A stretch of DNA of 40,343 bases from a virus (lineage: Duplodnaviria > Caudoviricetes). This document shows positions 17,406 through 25,884 of the stretch, piece by piece. Every line of letters begins with the position of its first letter. The stretch's first letter is position 1. The position numbers and the translations under genes are program-made. The stretch spans positions 1 through 40,343 of IMG/VR virus record IMGVR_UViG_3300022181_000124. One strand, given 5' to 3'. Under the pieces are notes generated by a model. The model searched no databases and was not told the DNA's origin. It saw only the letters and a program-made list of their open reading frames with translations.

Positions 17406-18986
17406 ATGGCCGAAGAGACGAAACGCCCGCCCGTTGTCACCGACGAAGTCGCCACCATCGAGAAGGACATCGACATCTTCGCCGGCTGGCTGAAGCGCCT
17501 GGAGAATCCGGACCCGGTCCTCCGTACCGAGGCAGCCGGAAAGGGCCTCAAGCTCTACGACGAGGTGGACCGGGACGCCCATGCGGGAAGCGTGCTGCAG
17601 CAGCGGATCCTCGCCGTTGTGGGGAAGGAATGGGACGTCATCCCGGCCAAATCCGCCCGGAAACAGGGCCGGCCGGCCGCCACGTCCCAGGAGCAGGTTG
17701 TCGCCGATTTTGTTTCGCAGGTCCTGGAGGACTGCAACTTCGACCAGGCCCGCCAGGAGATCCTGAAGGCGGTCCTCTACGGTTTCTACAGCTTCGAAAC
17801 CCTCTGGGAGCCGAAGGATGCGTCGATCGTCATCCGGAAGATCCTGGGCAAGCATCCCCGGCGGTTCGTTTTCACACCCGAGCGGGAGCCGCGCCTCCTT
17901 ACGACCGACAACATGGTGGACGGAGAGTCCCTTCCGGAGCGGAAGTTCGTGTTCCTCACCTGGGGCGACTCCGACAACCCCTACGGCCGGGGCCTTGGCC
18001 AAAAGCTCTGGTGGCCCGTCTGGTTTAAGAAGCACGGCGTCAAGTTCTGGCTCGTCTTCCTGGAGAAGTTCGGCATGCCCACGGTGAAGGGCAAGTACCC
18101 GGCGGGGACGGGTCCCGAGCAGAAGAAGGCGCTCCTGGATGCCATCGAGGCGATCCAGAACGATACAGGACTCACCATGCCCGACACGATGGACGTGGAG
18201 TTCCTGGAGGCCTCCCGGGCTGGCACGGTGACCCATGAGCAGCTCTGCAACTACATGGACCGCCAGATCTCGAAGGCCGTCCTGGGACAGACCGCCTCGA
18301 CGGAGGGGACCCCCGGGAAACTCGGCAACGAGGAGTCCCAGGAGAACGTCCGCCAGGAGCTGATCGAGGCCGACGCGGATCTCCTGGACGCCTGCCTGAA
18401 TGAGACCCTGGTCCGCTGGATCGTGGACTTCAACTTCCCCGGAACGGCAGCTTACCCGAAGCTCAAGACCTATGCGGCGGCGAAGCCAAACCTGAAGCAG
18501 CAGTCCGAGATCGACAAGACCCTGGTCGTGGACATCGGCCTCCCCGTGGGAACGGCCTACTTTTACGAGACCTACGGGATCCCGGCGCCCGTAGAGGGTG
18601 AGGAGTTGGTGAACGCGCCGCCGAAGGCGCCGGCGGTGCCCAAGGGCGGGGAGTTCGCGGAAGATCCGGATACAAAGGACGCCGCCGATCATATCGCCGA
18701 CCGGACGGCCCGTCAGGCCCTGAAGACGACCGATGCCGTCTACATGGTGCCTCTCAAGCGCCTGGTGGACGAGGCGGACTCCCTGGACGATCTCCGCGAC
18801 CGGATCCTCGATTTGTGGGGCGAGATGCCCTCCGACGAGTTGGGCGTCATCGTGTCCCGGGGGCTGATGTTGGCGGAGGTGAGCGGGCAATACGAGGTCG
18901 GGGCGGAGACGGGGACCCTCGGGGATAAAAAAAAAGCCCTGAATTCGCCGAAGACGCCATCGCGCCGGGACTTCTGGCAGCCCTGA
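17406..18986 (+). CDS. Portal protein (gp29/DUF935)
   Basis: NPYGRGL, FLEKFGMP, ISKAVLGQT motifs; follows terminase. Confidence 0.94.
   Translation: MAEETKRPPVVTDEVATIEKDIDIFAGWLKRLENPDPVLRTEAAGKGLKLYDEVDRDAHAGSVLQQRILAVVGKEWDVIPAKSARKQGRPAATSQEQVVADFVSQVLEDCNFDQARQEILKAVLYGFYSFETLWEPKDASIVIRKILGKHPRRFVFTPEREPRLLTTDNMVDGESLPERKFVFLTWGDSDNPYGRGLGQKLWWPVWFKKHGVKFWLVFLEKFGMPTVKGKYPAGTGPEQKKALLDAIEAIQNDTGLTMPDTMDVEFLEASRAGTVTHEQLCNYMDRQISKAVLGQTASTEGTPGKLGNEESQENVRQELIEADADLLDACLNETLVRWIVDFNFPGTAAYPKLKTYAAAKPNLKQQSEIDKTLVVDIGLPVGTAYFYETYGIPAPVEGEELVNAPPKAPAVPKGGEFAEDPDTKDAADHIADRTARQALKTTDAVYMVPLKRLVDEADSLDDLRDRILDLWGEMPSDELGVIVSRGLMLAEVSGQYEVGAETGTLGDKKKALNSPKTPSRRDFWQP
18927..18936 (+). other. 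Slippery A9G run, candidate -1 frameshift site (portal to MuF)
   Basis: GAT AAA AAA AAA GCC in portal frame; MuF frame is exactly -1. Confidence 0.7.
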
Positions 18987-21226
18987 ACCTGCCCTTCCGG
19001 GAGCAGGAAACGTTCTTTCAAAACAAGCTGAACATCCCGACCCGGAAGTGGACGGACCTCTGGAAGGACCAACACGCGAAGGGGTTCATGATCGCCGGGG
19101 CCTACAAGGCGGATCTCCTGGCGGACTTCCGGGGTGCCGTGGAGAAGGCCATCACCCAGGGCAAGACCCTGGAGATGTTCCGGAAGGATTTCGACGGGAT
19201 CGTCGCCAAGCACGGCTGGTCCTACAACGGGTCCCGGAACTGGCGGAGCGAGGTGATCTACTCCACGAACATCCGGACGTCCTATGCGGCGGGGCGCTGG
19301 GAGCAGCTCCAGGATCCGGACGTGAAGAAGTTCTACGGCTACCTGGAATACCGCCACGGCGACAGCCGGGTGCCGCGGCCCCAGCACCTGGCCTGGAACG
19401 GCATCATCCTCCCGGCGGACGATCCCTGGTGGGACAGTCATTACGTTCCCAACGGCTGGGGCTGCAAATGCCGGGTCCTGGCGGCGACGAAACAGGATCA
19501 CGCCCGGGCGTTAAAGGATGGGCTGGGAAAGGCTCCCCCCTCCCCCATCGATCCGAAGACCGGCGAGCCCGTCGGGATTGACAAGGGCTGGGGCTACAAC
19601 GTCGGGAAGGCCGCCCAGGCGAAATACAAGGTCCTCGAAAGCGCCTTGGAACGGCTACCGGAGGACATCGCCCAGGCGCTCCTCGGCGAGATCGAGGCCA
19701 GGGACAAGGAGGCGGCCAAGGTCGCCCGGCGCGTCCGGAGAACCGTGCAAAAGAAGGCGGCGCCGGCGGCCGGAGCGGCCGACGACATCCGCCTCTGGAA
19801 GAAGGTCGGGGAGCAGAAGGGATCGAATCCCGGCGGGCTGTACGAGGCCCCGGACAAGCAGCGCTACTACGTCAAGTTTTACACGGACGAAAACCAGGCC
19901 CGGACGGAATTTGCAGCCAATGCCGTCTACAAGATGCTTGGCGTTGAGATGCCCGAGCTGGCCCTTCGGGACTGGGACGGGAAGCTGGCCCTGGTGAGCC
20001 GGTGGAGGACGGATCTGAAGGCCATGAAGGCCGCCGACATGATCGTCCATCCCGACGATATGGCGAGGATCTTCCACGCCTCTGTCCTCACGAAAAATTG
20101 GGACGTGGTCGGGCTGGAATTTGACAACGTCCTGGTCGGGAAAAACGGGCGCCTCGTCATGATCGACGCCGGCGGGAGCTTCAAATATCGCGCCCGGGGT
20201 GGCGCGAAGGCATACGAAGCCGCTGTTGATGAAGTGAAGACCCTGCGGGATGCGAGGATGAATCCGCAGTCGGCCTCGGTTTTCAATGCCGTCTTCGGGA
20301 AAAACGTCTGGCTGGAGCGGGAGGGAGCGGAAGGACTCCTCAACCTGAACAAGGCGGAAGTGAAGAAGGTGTTCGAGCGGGCCGGCTTCGCCAAGGCGGA
20401 AGCCAAGGACCTGACGGACACCCTCTGGAAGCGACGCCAGGCGCTGATCGATCGCTATGACCTGGAGAACAGGCTGGTTCCCCCGGGATTTGGAAAGCAT
20501 CTGGAGGAGTTCAAGAAGTGGGGTGTGACGGCTCTATCGGAACAGGAAGCAACCGACTCGATCCCTCTCATCGTACGGGAACGATTCGAACAGTACATCG
20601 AACGCATGTTCGGCAAAGAGGGCGTTTCCGCCCTGCAGCGATGGTTCAACGAATGGAGCGGATCCTCGCAGAGCGTGGCGGCGGGCCTGGTCAAGCAATG
20701 GACTGAGGAGCGACTCGGGCTGAACGTAACGTACCATTCCGGCAGCAAGGGAATGACCGCACGAAACCTGGCACGAACGCATGCCGAGCGGGTTTCCAAG
20801 GCCTCGAAACTCCCGCGGGAGACCCTGTTCAACCTCCTCGATGCGGAGTTTGAGTTCCATCAGTACTACCTGCGGAGATTGCACGGCTACGAGGAGTTCT
20901 CGGTCGTCCGGGAGATGAGCAAGAAGGAGATGTCCCGCACATTCCGGAACGGGAAGTACCAGTACGGAACGGCGACGTGCACGGCTTACCCGGCCGGGAC
21001 GTACAGGAACACGGAGGCATTGGAGATCACGGCAAGGGTCGAGGACTTCATCAAAACCTGGAGGCAGGGTCCCCGGTACATGAGGTTCTATCACGCCGGC
21101 GAATACACGGGGAAAGAGGCTCTGCCGGATGCCGGCAAGGCGAACGGCATGGCCGAACACGAGTACATCTTCCTCGGCCGGCCGAGAGAAGCCCGCATCA
21201 TCAAGAAAAACGGCTCTTATTTCTGA
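18929..21226 (+). CDS. MuF (gp30) head protein with kinase-like and ADP-ribosyltransferase-like extensions; entered by -1 shift from portal
   Basis: Frame is open from 18929 (after TAA 18926-18928) and encodes LPFREQETFF…PTRKWTDLW…HAKGF before the first ATG (19088); MuF PNGWGCKCRV; GSNPGGLY…YVKF…NWDVVG…DN…IDAG kinase-like motifs; terminal EHEYIFLG. Confidence 0.85.
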   Translation, partial: KKSPEFAEDAIAPGLLAALNLPFREQETFFQNKLNIPTRKWTDLWKDQHAKGFMIAGAYKADLLADFRGAVEKAITQGKTLEMFRKDFDGIVAKHGWSYNGSRNWRSEVIYSTNIRTSYAAGRWEQLQDPDVKKFYGYLEYRHGDSRVPRPQHLAWNGIILPADDPWWDSHYVPNGWGCKCRVLAATKQDHARALKDGLGKAPPSPIDPKTGEPVGIDKGWGYNVGKAAQAKYKVLESALERLPEDIAQALLGEIEARDKEAAKVARRVRRTVQKKAAPAAGAADDIRLWKKVGEQKGSNPGGLYEAPDKQRYYVKFYTDENQARTEFAANAVYKMLGVEMPELALRDWDGKLALVSRWRTDLKAMKAADMIVHPDDMARIFHASVLTKNWDVVGLEFDNVLVGKNGRLVMIDAGGSFKYRARGGAKAYEAAVDEVKTLRDARMNPQSASVFNAVFGKNVWLEREGAEGLLNLNKAEVKKVFERAGFAKAEAKDLTDTLWKRRQALIDRYDLENRLVPPGFGKHLEEFKKWGVTALSEQEATDSIPLIVRERFEQYIERMFGKEGVSALQRWFNEWSGSSQSVAAGLVKQWTEERLGLNVTYHSGSKGMTARNLARTHAERVSKASKLPRETLFNLLDAEFEFHQYYLRRLHGYEEFSVVREMSKKEMSRTFRNGKYQYGTATCTAYPAGTYRNTEALEITARVEDFIKTWRQGPRYMRFYHAGEYTGKEALPDAGKANGMAEHEYIFLGRPREARIIKKNGSYF

Positions 21227-21459
21227 GGCCAGGCGAGCATGACGAGATCAACCAGGCGGGGATATTGGATGGCAACGTCGCCCACAGGATTTCCAAGGGA
21301 CAGGTCCAGCGCAAACACCGGACCGTACTCCAGGAACGATTCGAACGTGCTGCAGCGCCCTGCATACGACCGTTCGCCGATCGGCTCCTCGATCGGTCCC
21401 AGAGCCTCATATCTTCGCTTCAGCTCCTCCATTGGAAGGGTCGGTTCACGTTTGATCAT
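21217..21459 (-). CDS. Small antisense protein, candidate immunity to the MuF effector
   Basis: ~80-aa ORF, AAGGTG upstream of ATG, convergent with and overlapping the MuF 3' end; function inferred from position. Confidence 0.55.
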   Translation of the reverse strand: MIKREPTLPMEELKRRYEALGPIEEPIGERSYAGRCSTFESFLEYGPVFALDLSLGNPVGDVAIQYPRLVDLVMLAWPQK

Positions 21460-21531
21460 GTCCACACCTTTTCGAAGATCGATTCATGGAAAGAAAACCC
21501 CTGTTGGTGAAAACCCACATGGCGGCCGTTC

Positions 21532-21693
21532 TTACACCTCTCGTTTTCTGTCGGCGGTCTCCCGTCTGTTGTCCAGGCGGATCAACATGCGGATGTATGC
21601 CGCAACGCTGATGCCCAGCATTTCGGCTTTCTCAAAGGCCATGCGCCGCGTTTCCGGATCGACCCGGAGCGGGAGAGACTCCGTTTTCTTCAT
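21532..21693 (-). CDS. Ribbon-helix-helix (CopG/Arc-like) regulator
   Basis: MKKTESLPLRVDPETRR…AEMLGISVAAYIRMLI RHH pattern. Confidence 0.78.
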   Translation of the reverse strand: MKKTESLPLRVDPETRRMAFEKAEMLGISVAAYIRMLIRLDNRRETADRKREV

Positions 21694-21699
21694 GGCATA

Positions 21700-21727
21700 A
21701 CGATATACATTGTATTGCATTTGTCAA
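21700..21727 (-). promoter_or_regulatory. Antisense promoter with operator palindrome for the RHH cassette
   Basis: TTGACA-16 bp-TATCGT, 6 nt before the ATG (leaderless-type); ATACA-T-TGTAT inverted repeat at 21705-21715 in the spacer. Confidence 0.6.
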
Positions 21728-21755
21728 ACATTATTTCAGGGGTGGGAAGGAAGAC

Positions 21756-22274
21756 ATGACGGAAATCAGGCTGGAAATCCAAGACAAACCCGTAACCGAC
21801 GCCCTGGGCGAGCTGGCCGAAAAAGGGAGGAAACTCTCGCCGGTCCTGAAGGTCGTCGGGGAGTACATGGTGCGCTCGACGGAGGACCGTTTCCACCGGC
21901 AGGGACCGGCGCCGGACGGGACGCCCTGGGCGCGCCTGAAGCCGTCCACCCTCGCCCGGAAGAAGCACCACAAGATCCTGACGGAGTCCGGCCACCTGCG
22001 GGGTAGCATCCGATATCAGCTGGTGGGGGAGAACAGCCTGGCCATCGGGACGAACATGGTCCACGGGGCGATTCATCAGTTCGGTGGCCGGACGCCGGCG
22101 CGAACGATCGTTCCCACCCGGAAGAAGGCCCTGTTCTGGCCGGGAGCCGCCCACCCGGTGCATTCGGTCCGCCATCCCGGATCGGTGATTCCCGCCCGGC
22201 CGTTCCTCGGTGTGAGTGCCGGGGACAGCGAGGAGATCGTCGGCATCGTCAACCACTATCTGTCGAAGAGGTGA
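21756..22274 (+). CDS. Virion morphogenesis protein (Mu gpG-like)
   Basis: APDGTPW…L…SG.LR.SI…GTN…AIHQFGG…IPARPFLG. Confidence 0.9.
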   Translation: MTEIRLEIQDKPVTDALGELAEKGRKLSPVLKVVGEYMVRSTEDRFHRQGPAPDGTPWARLKPSTLARKKHHKILTESGHLRGSIRYQLVGENSLAIGTNMVHGAIHQFGGRTPARTIVPTRKKALFWPGAAHPVHSVRHPGSVIPARPFLGVSAGDSEEIVGIVNHYLSKR

Positions 22275-22277
22275 CCC

Positions 22278-23504
22278 ATGACGGAATTCAAGGGCTTTAA
22301 CGGCTGGATCGAGATCTTCAAGGGGGGCCGGCAGACCGACAGCCAGGGCGTCGAACACGACGGGAACGCCCTGATCGACAAGGCCGTCGCCACCTTCAAC
22401 GCCTCCCGGCACGAGCCGCCGGCGGTGATCGGCCATCCTGCCCATGACGCCCCGGCCTACGGCTGGGTCGAGGGGCTGCGGAAGGACGTCCGGAACGGGA
22501 CGGCGTTCCTGTCCGCCAAGTTCAAGCAGGTGGTCCCGGAGTTCGAGGAGATGGTCAAGAGCGGCCGGTTCAAGAAACGGAGCGCCGCCTTTTATCCCGA
22601 CGGATCCCTGCGCCATGTGGGGTTCCTGGGCGCAACACCGCCGGCGGTAAAAGGCTTGGCCGAAGTGGCCTTTGGTGAAGGCGATGCAACCGTCTTCGAG
22701 TTCGCCGAGGACGGCTATTTCCGGGGCGCCCTCGGGGACGTCTTCCGGCGGCTTCGGGAGTGGATGATCGAAAAATTCGACCAGGACACGGCGGACCGGG
22801 TGGTCCCCAACTGGACGATCGAGGATATCCGGGCCGCGCCGGCGGATCCGGTCAACAACATCGCAACCTATTCCGAAACCAGGAAGGAGGAACGAAGCAT
22901 GCAGTTTAAGGAATTCATTCAGAGGCTGAAAGAATTGGTCTCCAGCGTGGACACCCAGGCCGCGGATCCGCCCGCCGGGAAGACCTTCTCGGAGACGGAC
23001 ATCGAGGCGGCCCGAAAGCAGGCAGCCGACGAGGCGGCCCGCCAGGAGCGGGAAAAGCTGACCGCCGAATTCGCCGAAAAGGAGCGCACGGCGCGCCAGA
23101 ATGCCCGTAAAGCGGAGATCGCCGGCTGGTGCGAGTCCATGATCAAGGCGGGGAAGATGACGCCCGCGTGGGTCAAGTACGGCGTGCCGGACATGATGCT
23201 CGCCTTCGCCGGCATGGAGGGCGAGATCGAGTTCGGCGAGGGGGACGGCAAGGTCAAGGCCACCCTCTATGATCGATTCAAGGCCTTCTTCGAGACGGAG
23301 ATGCCGAAGGTGATCGAGTTCAAGGAGATCGCCACCCGGGACAAGGATCCGGGCGGCCAGGGGGATGCGGGAGCAAGGCTCAGCGCCCTCGTCGCCAAGA
23401 AACAGGAGGCCGACAAGACCCTGACGTACAGCGCGGCATTCGCCGAGGTCCAGCGGGAGAACCCCGACCTGGCCCGGGAATACCTCCAGGAGATCGGCGG
23501 CTGA
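22278..23504 (+). CDS. Prohead protease/scaffold (Mu gpI-like)
   Basis: IGHP…PAYGWV…KKRSAAF…LRHVGFLGATPPAVKGL. Confidence 0.9.
   Translation: MTEFKGFNGWIEIFKGGRQTDSQGVEHDGNALIDKAVATFNASRHEPPAVIGHPAHDAPAYGWVEGLRKDVRNGTAFLSAKFKQVVPEFEEMVKSGRFKKRSAAFYPDGSLRHVGFLGATPPAVKGLAEVAFGEGDATVFEFAEDGYFRGALGDVFRRLREWMIEKFDQDTADRVVPNWTIEDIRAAPADPVNNIATYSETRKEERSMQFKEFIQRLKELVSSVDTQAADPPAGKTFSETDIEAARKQAADEAARQEREKLTAEFAEKERTARQNARKAEIAGWCESMIKAGKMTPAWVKYGVPDMMLAFAGMEGEIEFGEGDGKVKATLYDRFKAFFETEMPKVIEFKEIATRDKDPGGQGDAGARLSALVAKKQEADKTLTYSAAFAEVQRENPDLAREYLQEIGG
22899..23504 (+). CDS. Nested in-frame scaffold protein (Mu gpZ-like)
   Basis: Strong internal SD AAGGAGG before an in-frame ATG at 22899; helical, charged sequence. 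Confidence 0.7.
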   Translation: MQFKEFIQRLKELVSSVDTQAADPPAGKTFSETDIEAARKQAADEAARQEREKLTAEFAEKERTARQNARKAEIAGWCESMIKAGKMTPAWVKYGVPDMMLAFAGMEGEIEFGEGDGKVKATLYDRFKAFFETEMPKVIEFKEIATRDKDPGGQGDAGARLSALVAKKQEADKTLTYSAAFAEVQRENPDLAREYLQEIGG

Positions 23505-23531
23505 GTCCCGCCGGGAAAGGAGCATTTCAAC

Positions 23532-24296
23532 ATGGCATCGGAAAACAAGATCTTGGACCTTTCCTTTCCGGCGGCGGAGGACCTTTCCAACGACCAGTAT
23601 CGGTTTGTGGTCCTCAACACTAGCGAACAGGTCCGCCGGCCCGACAGCGCCTCGGAGGTGGCCCTGGGGATCCTCCAGAACGCGCCGGTCGCGGGCGAGG
23701 CGGCGGCTGTACGGATCATCGGTATCTCGAAGTTCCAGGCCAACGCGGCCATTGGGGTCGGGACCTTCATCGGCCCGGAATACGTCTCCGCGGCGGATGC
23801 CGGCAAAGCCCAGGACAACGCTGGGAACCTGGCCTACGCGCGCGGCTATGTCCTGGAGGCCGCCGAGGCGGAGGACGGCCTGGGTTCCTGTCTGCTCCTA
23901 GGCATGGTGCCGGCCATCAACGACGCGGTGAAGGGGCTTACCACCGTTACGACCAAGAACACCGCCGACGTGGTCACCTACACGGCGGCGGAACTGGTCG
24001 GCGGCCTCATCCTGCGGGATCCCAACGGCTCCGGCCGAAGCGACGTCACGCCCGCGGCGGCCCAGATCGTCGGGGCCGTTGCCGGGGCGATCGCGGACTC
24101 CAGCTTCGAGTTCATCATCCGCAACACGGCGGACGGGGCCGAGACGATCACCCTCACGGCGGGTTCCGGCGTGAGCTTGAGCGGCACCATGACGATCGCC
24201 CAGAACAACTCCAAGCGGTTCCGGGCTGTCCTCACAAACGTCGGTTCCGGCACGGAGGCGGTCACGATCTACAGCCTGGGAACCACGGTCCACTAA
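23532..24296 (+). CDS. Capsid cement/decoration protein with C-terminal extra domain
   Basis: AAEDLS…YRFV…LGILQNAP.AGE.A.V DUF2190-like N-terminus; lies between protease and capsid. Confidence 0.7.
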   Translation: MASENKILDLSFPAAEDLSNDQYRFVVLNTSEQVRRPDSASEVALGILQNAPVAGEAAAVRIIGISKFQANAAIGVGTFIGPEYVSAADAGKAQDNAGNLAYARGYVLEAAEAEDGLGSCLLLGMVPAINDAVKGLTTVTTKNTADVVTYTAAELVGGLILRDPNGSGRSDVTPAAAQIVGAVAGAIADSSFEFIIRNTADGAETITLTAGSGVSLSGTMTIAQNNSKRFRAVLTNVGSGTEAVTIYSLGTTVH

Positions 24297-24363
24297 AAAC
24301 GGCGGTCCGTCCCCCCGCCTGCGCGCCGGGGAACGGACATCCCGATGAAAGGAGAACAAAGAC

Positions 24364-25350
24364 ATGCCGCAGCCGAACGTGAAGGAGCAGATCGTTGCGG
24401 GACCCCTGCAGAACGTCTCCATCCAGTTCCGCAACGAGGACTATATCGCCGACCGGGTCTTCCCCATTATTGACGGGGCGGATCCGAAGGCGAAGATCAC
24501 CATCTACAACCGCGCCGACTGGTTCCGGGACGAGGCGGGGATCCGCACGGCGGGAACCCGGGCGAAGCGGGGCGGGTACAAGCTGGACGAGGTGTCCTTT
24601 TCGACCAAGGAGTACGCCTTCGCCAAGGAAGTGACCGACGAGGACCGGAGGTTCGCCAAATCCAAGAACGCGCCGCCCCTCCAGCCGGACCAGGACGCCA
24701 TCGAGTTCGCCACCGACAAGGTCGATCTCAAGAAGGAAATCCGCACCGGCGAGTTGATCACGACCGGGACCTGGGCCGACGGCAATGCCGGCGGCGAGGA
24801 CGCGGAAGGGCTCTGGTCGCCGGCCGGGGCGACCAACACCTTCCTGGCGGACATCACCAAGGCCAAGAAGGCCATCAAGAGCAAGACCGGCAAGAAGGCG
24901 AACGTTCTCGTCCTGGACGAGGCGACCTACCTGGCCCTGAAGGAGTGCGAGGCGATCCTGGACAAGGTCAAGTACACCCAGCGGGGCGTCCTCGGCAAGG
25001 ACCTGCTGGCCGCTCTCCTGGAGCTCGACGAGGTCCTGGTCGGAGGGTCCATCAAGAACACGGCGAAGGAGACCAAGACCGGGACGGAGTTCACGGGCGT
25101 CAACATCTGGGAAGTCAATGCCGGCAAGGGCATGGGCTTCCTCTTTCACCGGCCGAAGAAGGTCGGGCTGAAGACGGCGACGGCGGGTCTGCAGGTCCGG
25201 CTGGCCTACGAGGACGGGCAGCCGCGGCGGGTAACCACCTGGCGGGAAGCCGCGGAACACCAGGACGTCTACGAAGCGGCGGAAGAGACAGACATCGTTC
25301 TGGTCCATGCCGATCTCGGTTACCTATTCAAGGATACCTACGCATCCTGA
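24364..25350 (+). CDS. Major capsid protein
   Basis: 328 aa, AAGGAG SD, LQNVSIQFRNEDYIADRVFP…GYLFKD pattern; synteny. Confidence 0.88.
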   Translation: MPQPNVKEQIVAGPLQNVSIQFRNEDYIADRVFPIIDGADPKAKITIYNRADWFRDEAGIRTAGTRAKRGGYKLDEVSFSTKEYAFAKEVTDEDRRFAKSKNAPPLQPDQDAIEFATDKVDLKKEIRTGELITTGTWADGNAGGEDAEGLWSPAGATNTFLADITKAKKAIKSKTGKKANVLVLDEATYLALKECEAILDKVKYTQRGVLGKDLLAALLELDEVLVGGSIKNTAKETKTGTEFTGVNIWEVNAGKGMGFLFHRPKKVGLKTATAGLQVRLAYEDGQPRRVTTWREAAEHQDVYEAAEETDIVLVHADLGYLFKDTYAS

Positions 25351-25357
25351 TTCATTA

Positions 25358-25393
25358 CCATCCCGGGGATGGCACAAAACCTCCCCGGGATGG
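25358..25393 (+). other. Perfect 12-bp hairpin after the capsid gene
   Basis: CCATCCCGGGGA…TCCCCGGGATGG with no U-tract; possibly an mRNA stabiliser or attenuator. Confidence 0.6.
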
Positions 25394-25445
25394 CGTGATC
25401 TGACCGGGAACGGGCGAAATGCAAGTCGAGGCACTGGAGGATGAG

Positions 25446-25883
25446 ATGGTTTACATCACGATTGCGGATTTGAAAAAGGTTGTGCCCGAGCAGGACCTGA
25501 TCCAACTCACGGACGATTCGGTGCCGGCAACGACTATCAATACGGACAACGTGGACCGGGCCATCGCCGACGCCGGAGAGCTGATGGACGGCTATCTCCG
25601 GGAGCGGTACAGCCTTCCCCTTTCGCCGGTTCCCGGCCTGATTGGTACCCTGGCCTGCGACATCGCCGTCTATCGCCTCTATGCCCGCCGGTCCCGTCTG
25701 GACCCGCCGGAAGGCGTCGCGGAACGCTATCGGAACGCCCTGAAGCTCCTGGAGAAGATCCAGGACGGCAAGATCACCCTGGGAGCAGGCTCCGCCGTAA
25801 CCCCGGAGACATCCGCGGACATGGCAGCCGTCAGCACACCCGGCGGGCGGATCTTTAACCGGCATACCCTGGGAGGCTACTGA
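25446..25883 (+). CDS. Mu gp36-like head-tail connector (DUF1320)
   Basis: AIADA…DGYLRERYSLPL…ACDIAVYRL…RYRNALKLLEKI; GGAGG SD. Confidence 0.9.
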   Translation: MVYITIADLKKVVPEQDLIQLTDDSVPATTINTDNVDRAIADAGELMDGYLRERYSLPLSPVPGLIGTLACDIAVYRLYARRSRLDPPEGVAERYRNALKLLEKIQDGKITLGAGSAVTPETSADMAAVSTPGGRIFNRHTLGGY

Positions 25884-25884
25884 C

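Noticed and set aside
18988-19007. Hairpin CCTGC…GCAGG as frameshift stimulator
   Set aside because: About 50 nt downstream of the A-run, too far for a typical 3' stimulator; no convincing proximal structure was found by eye.
19088-19090. ATG as the true MuF start
   Set aside because: It lies inside the conserved MuF N-terminal block (HAKGF-M-IAGA) and would truncate the domain; minor initiation cannot be excluded.
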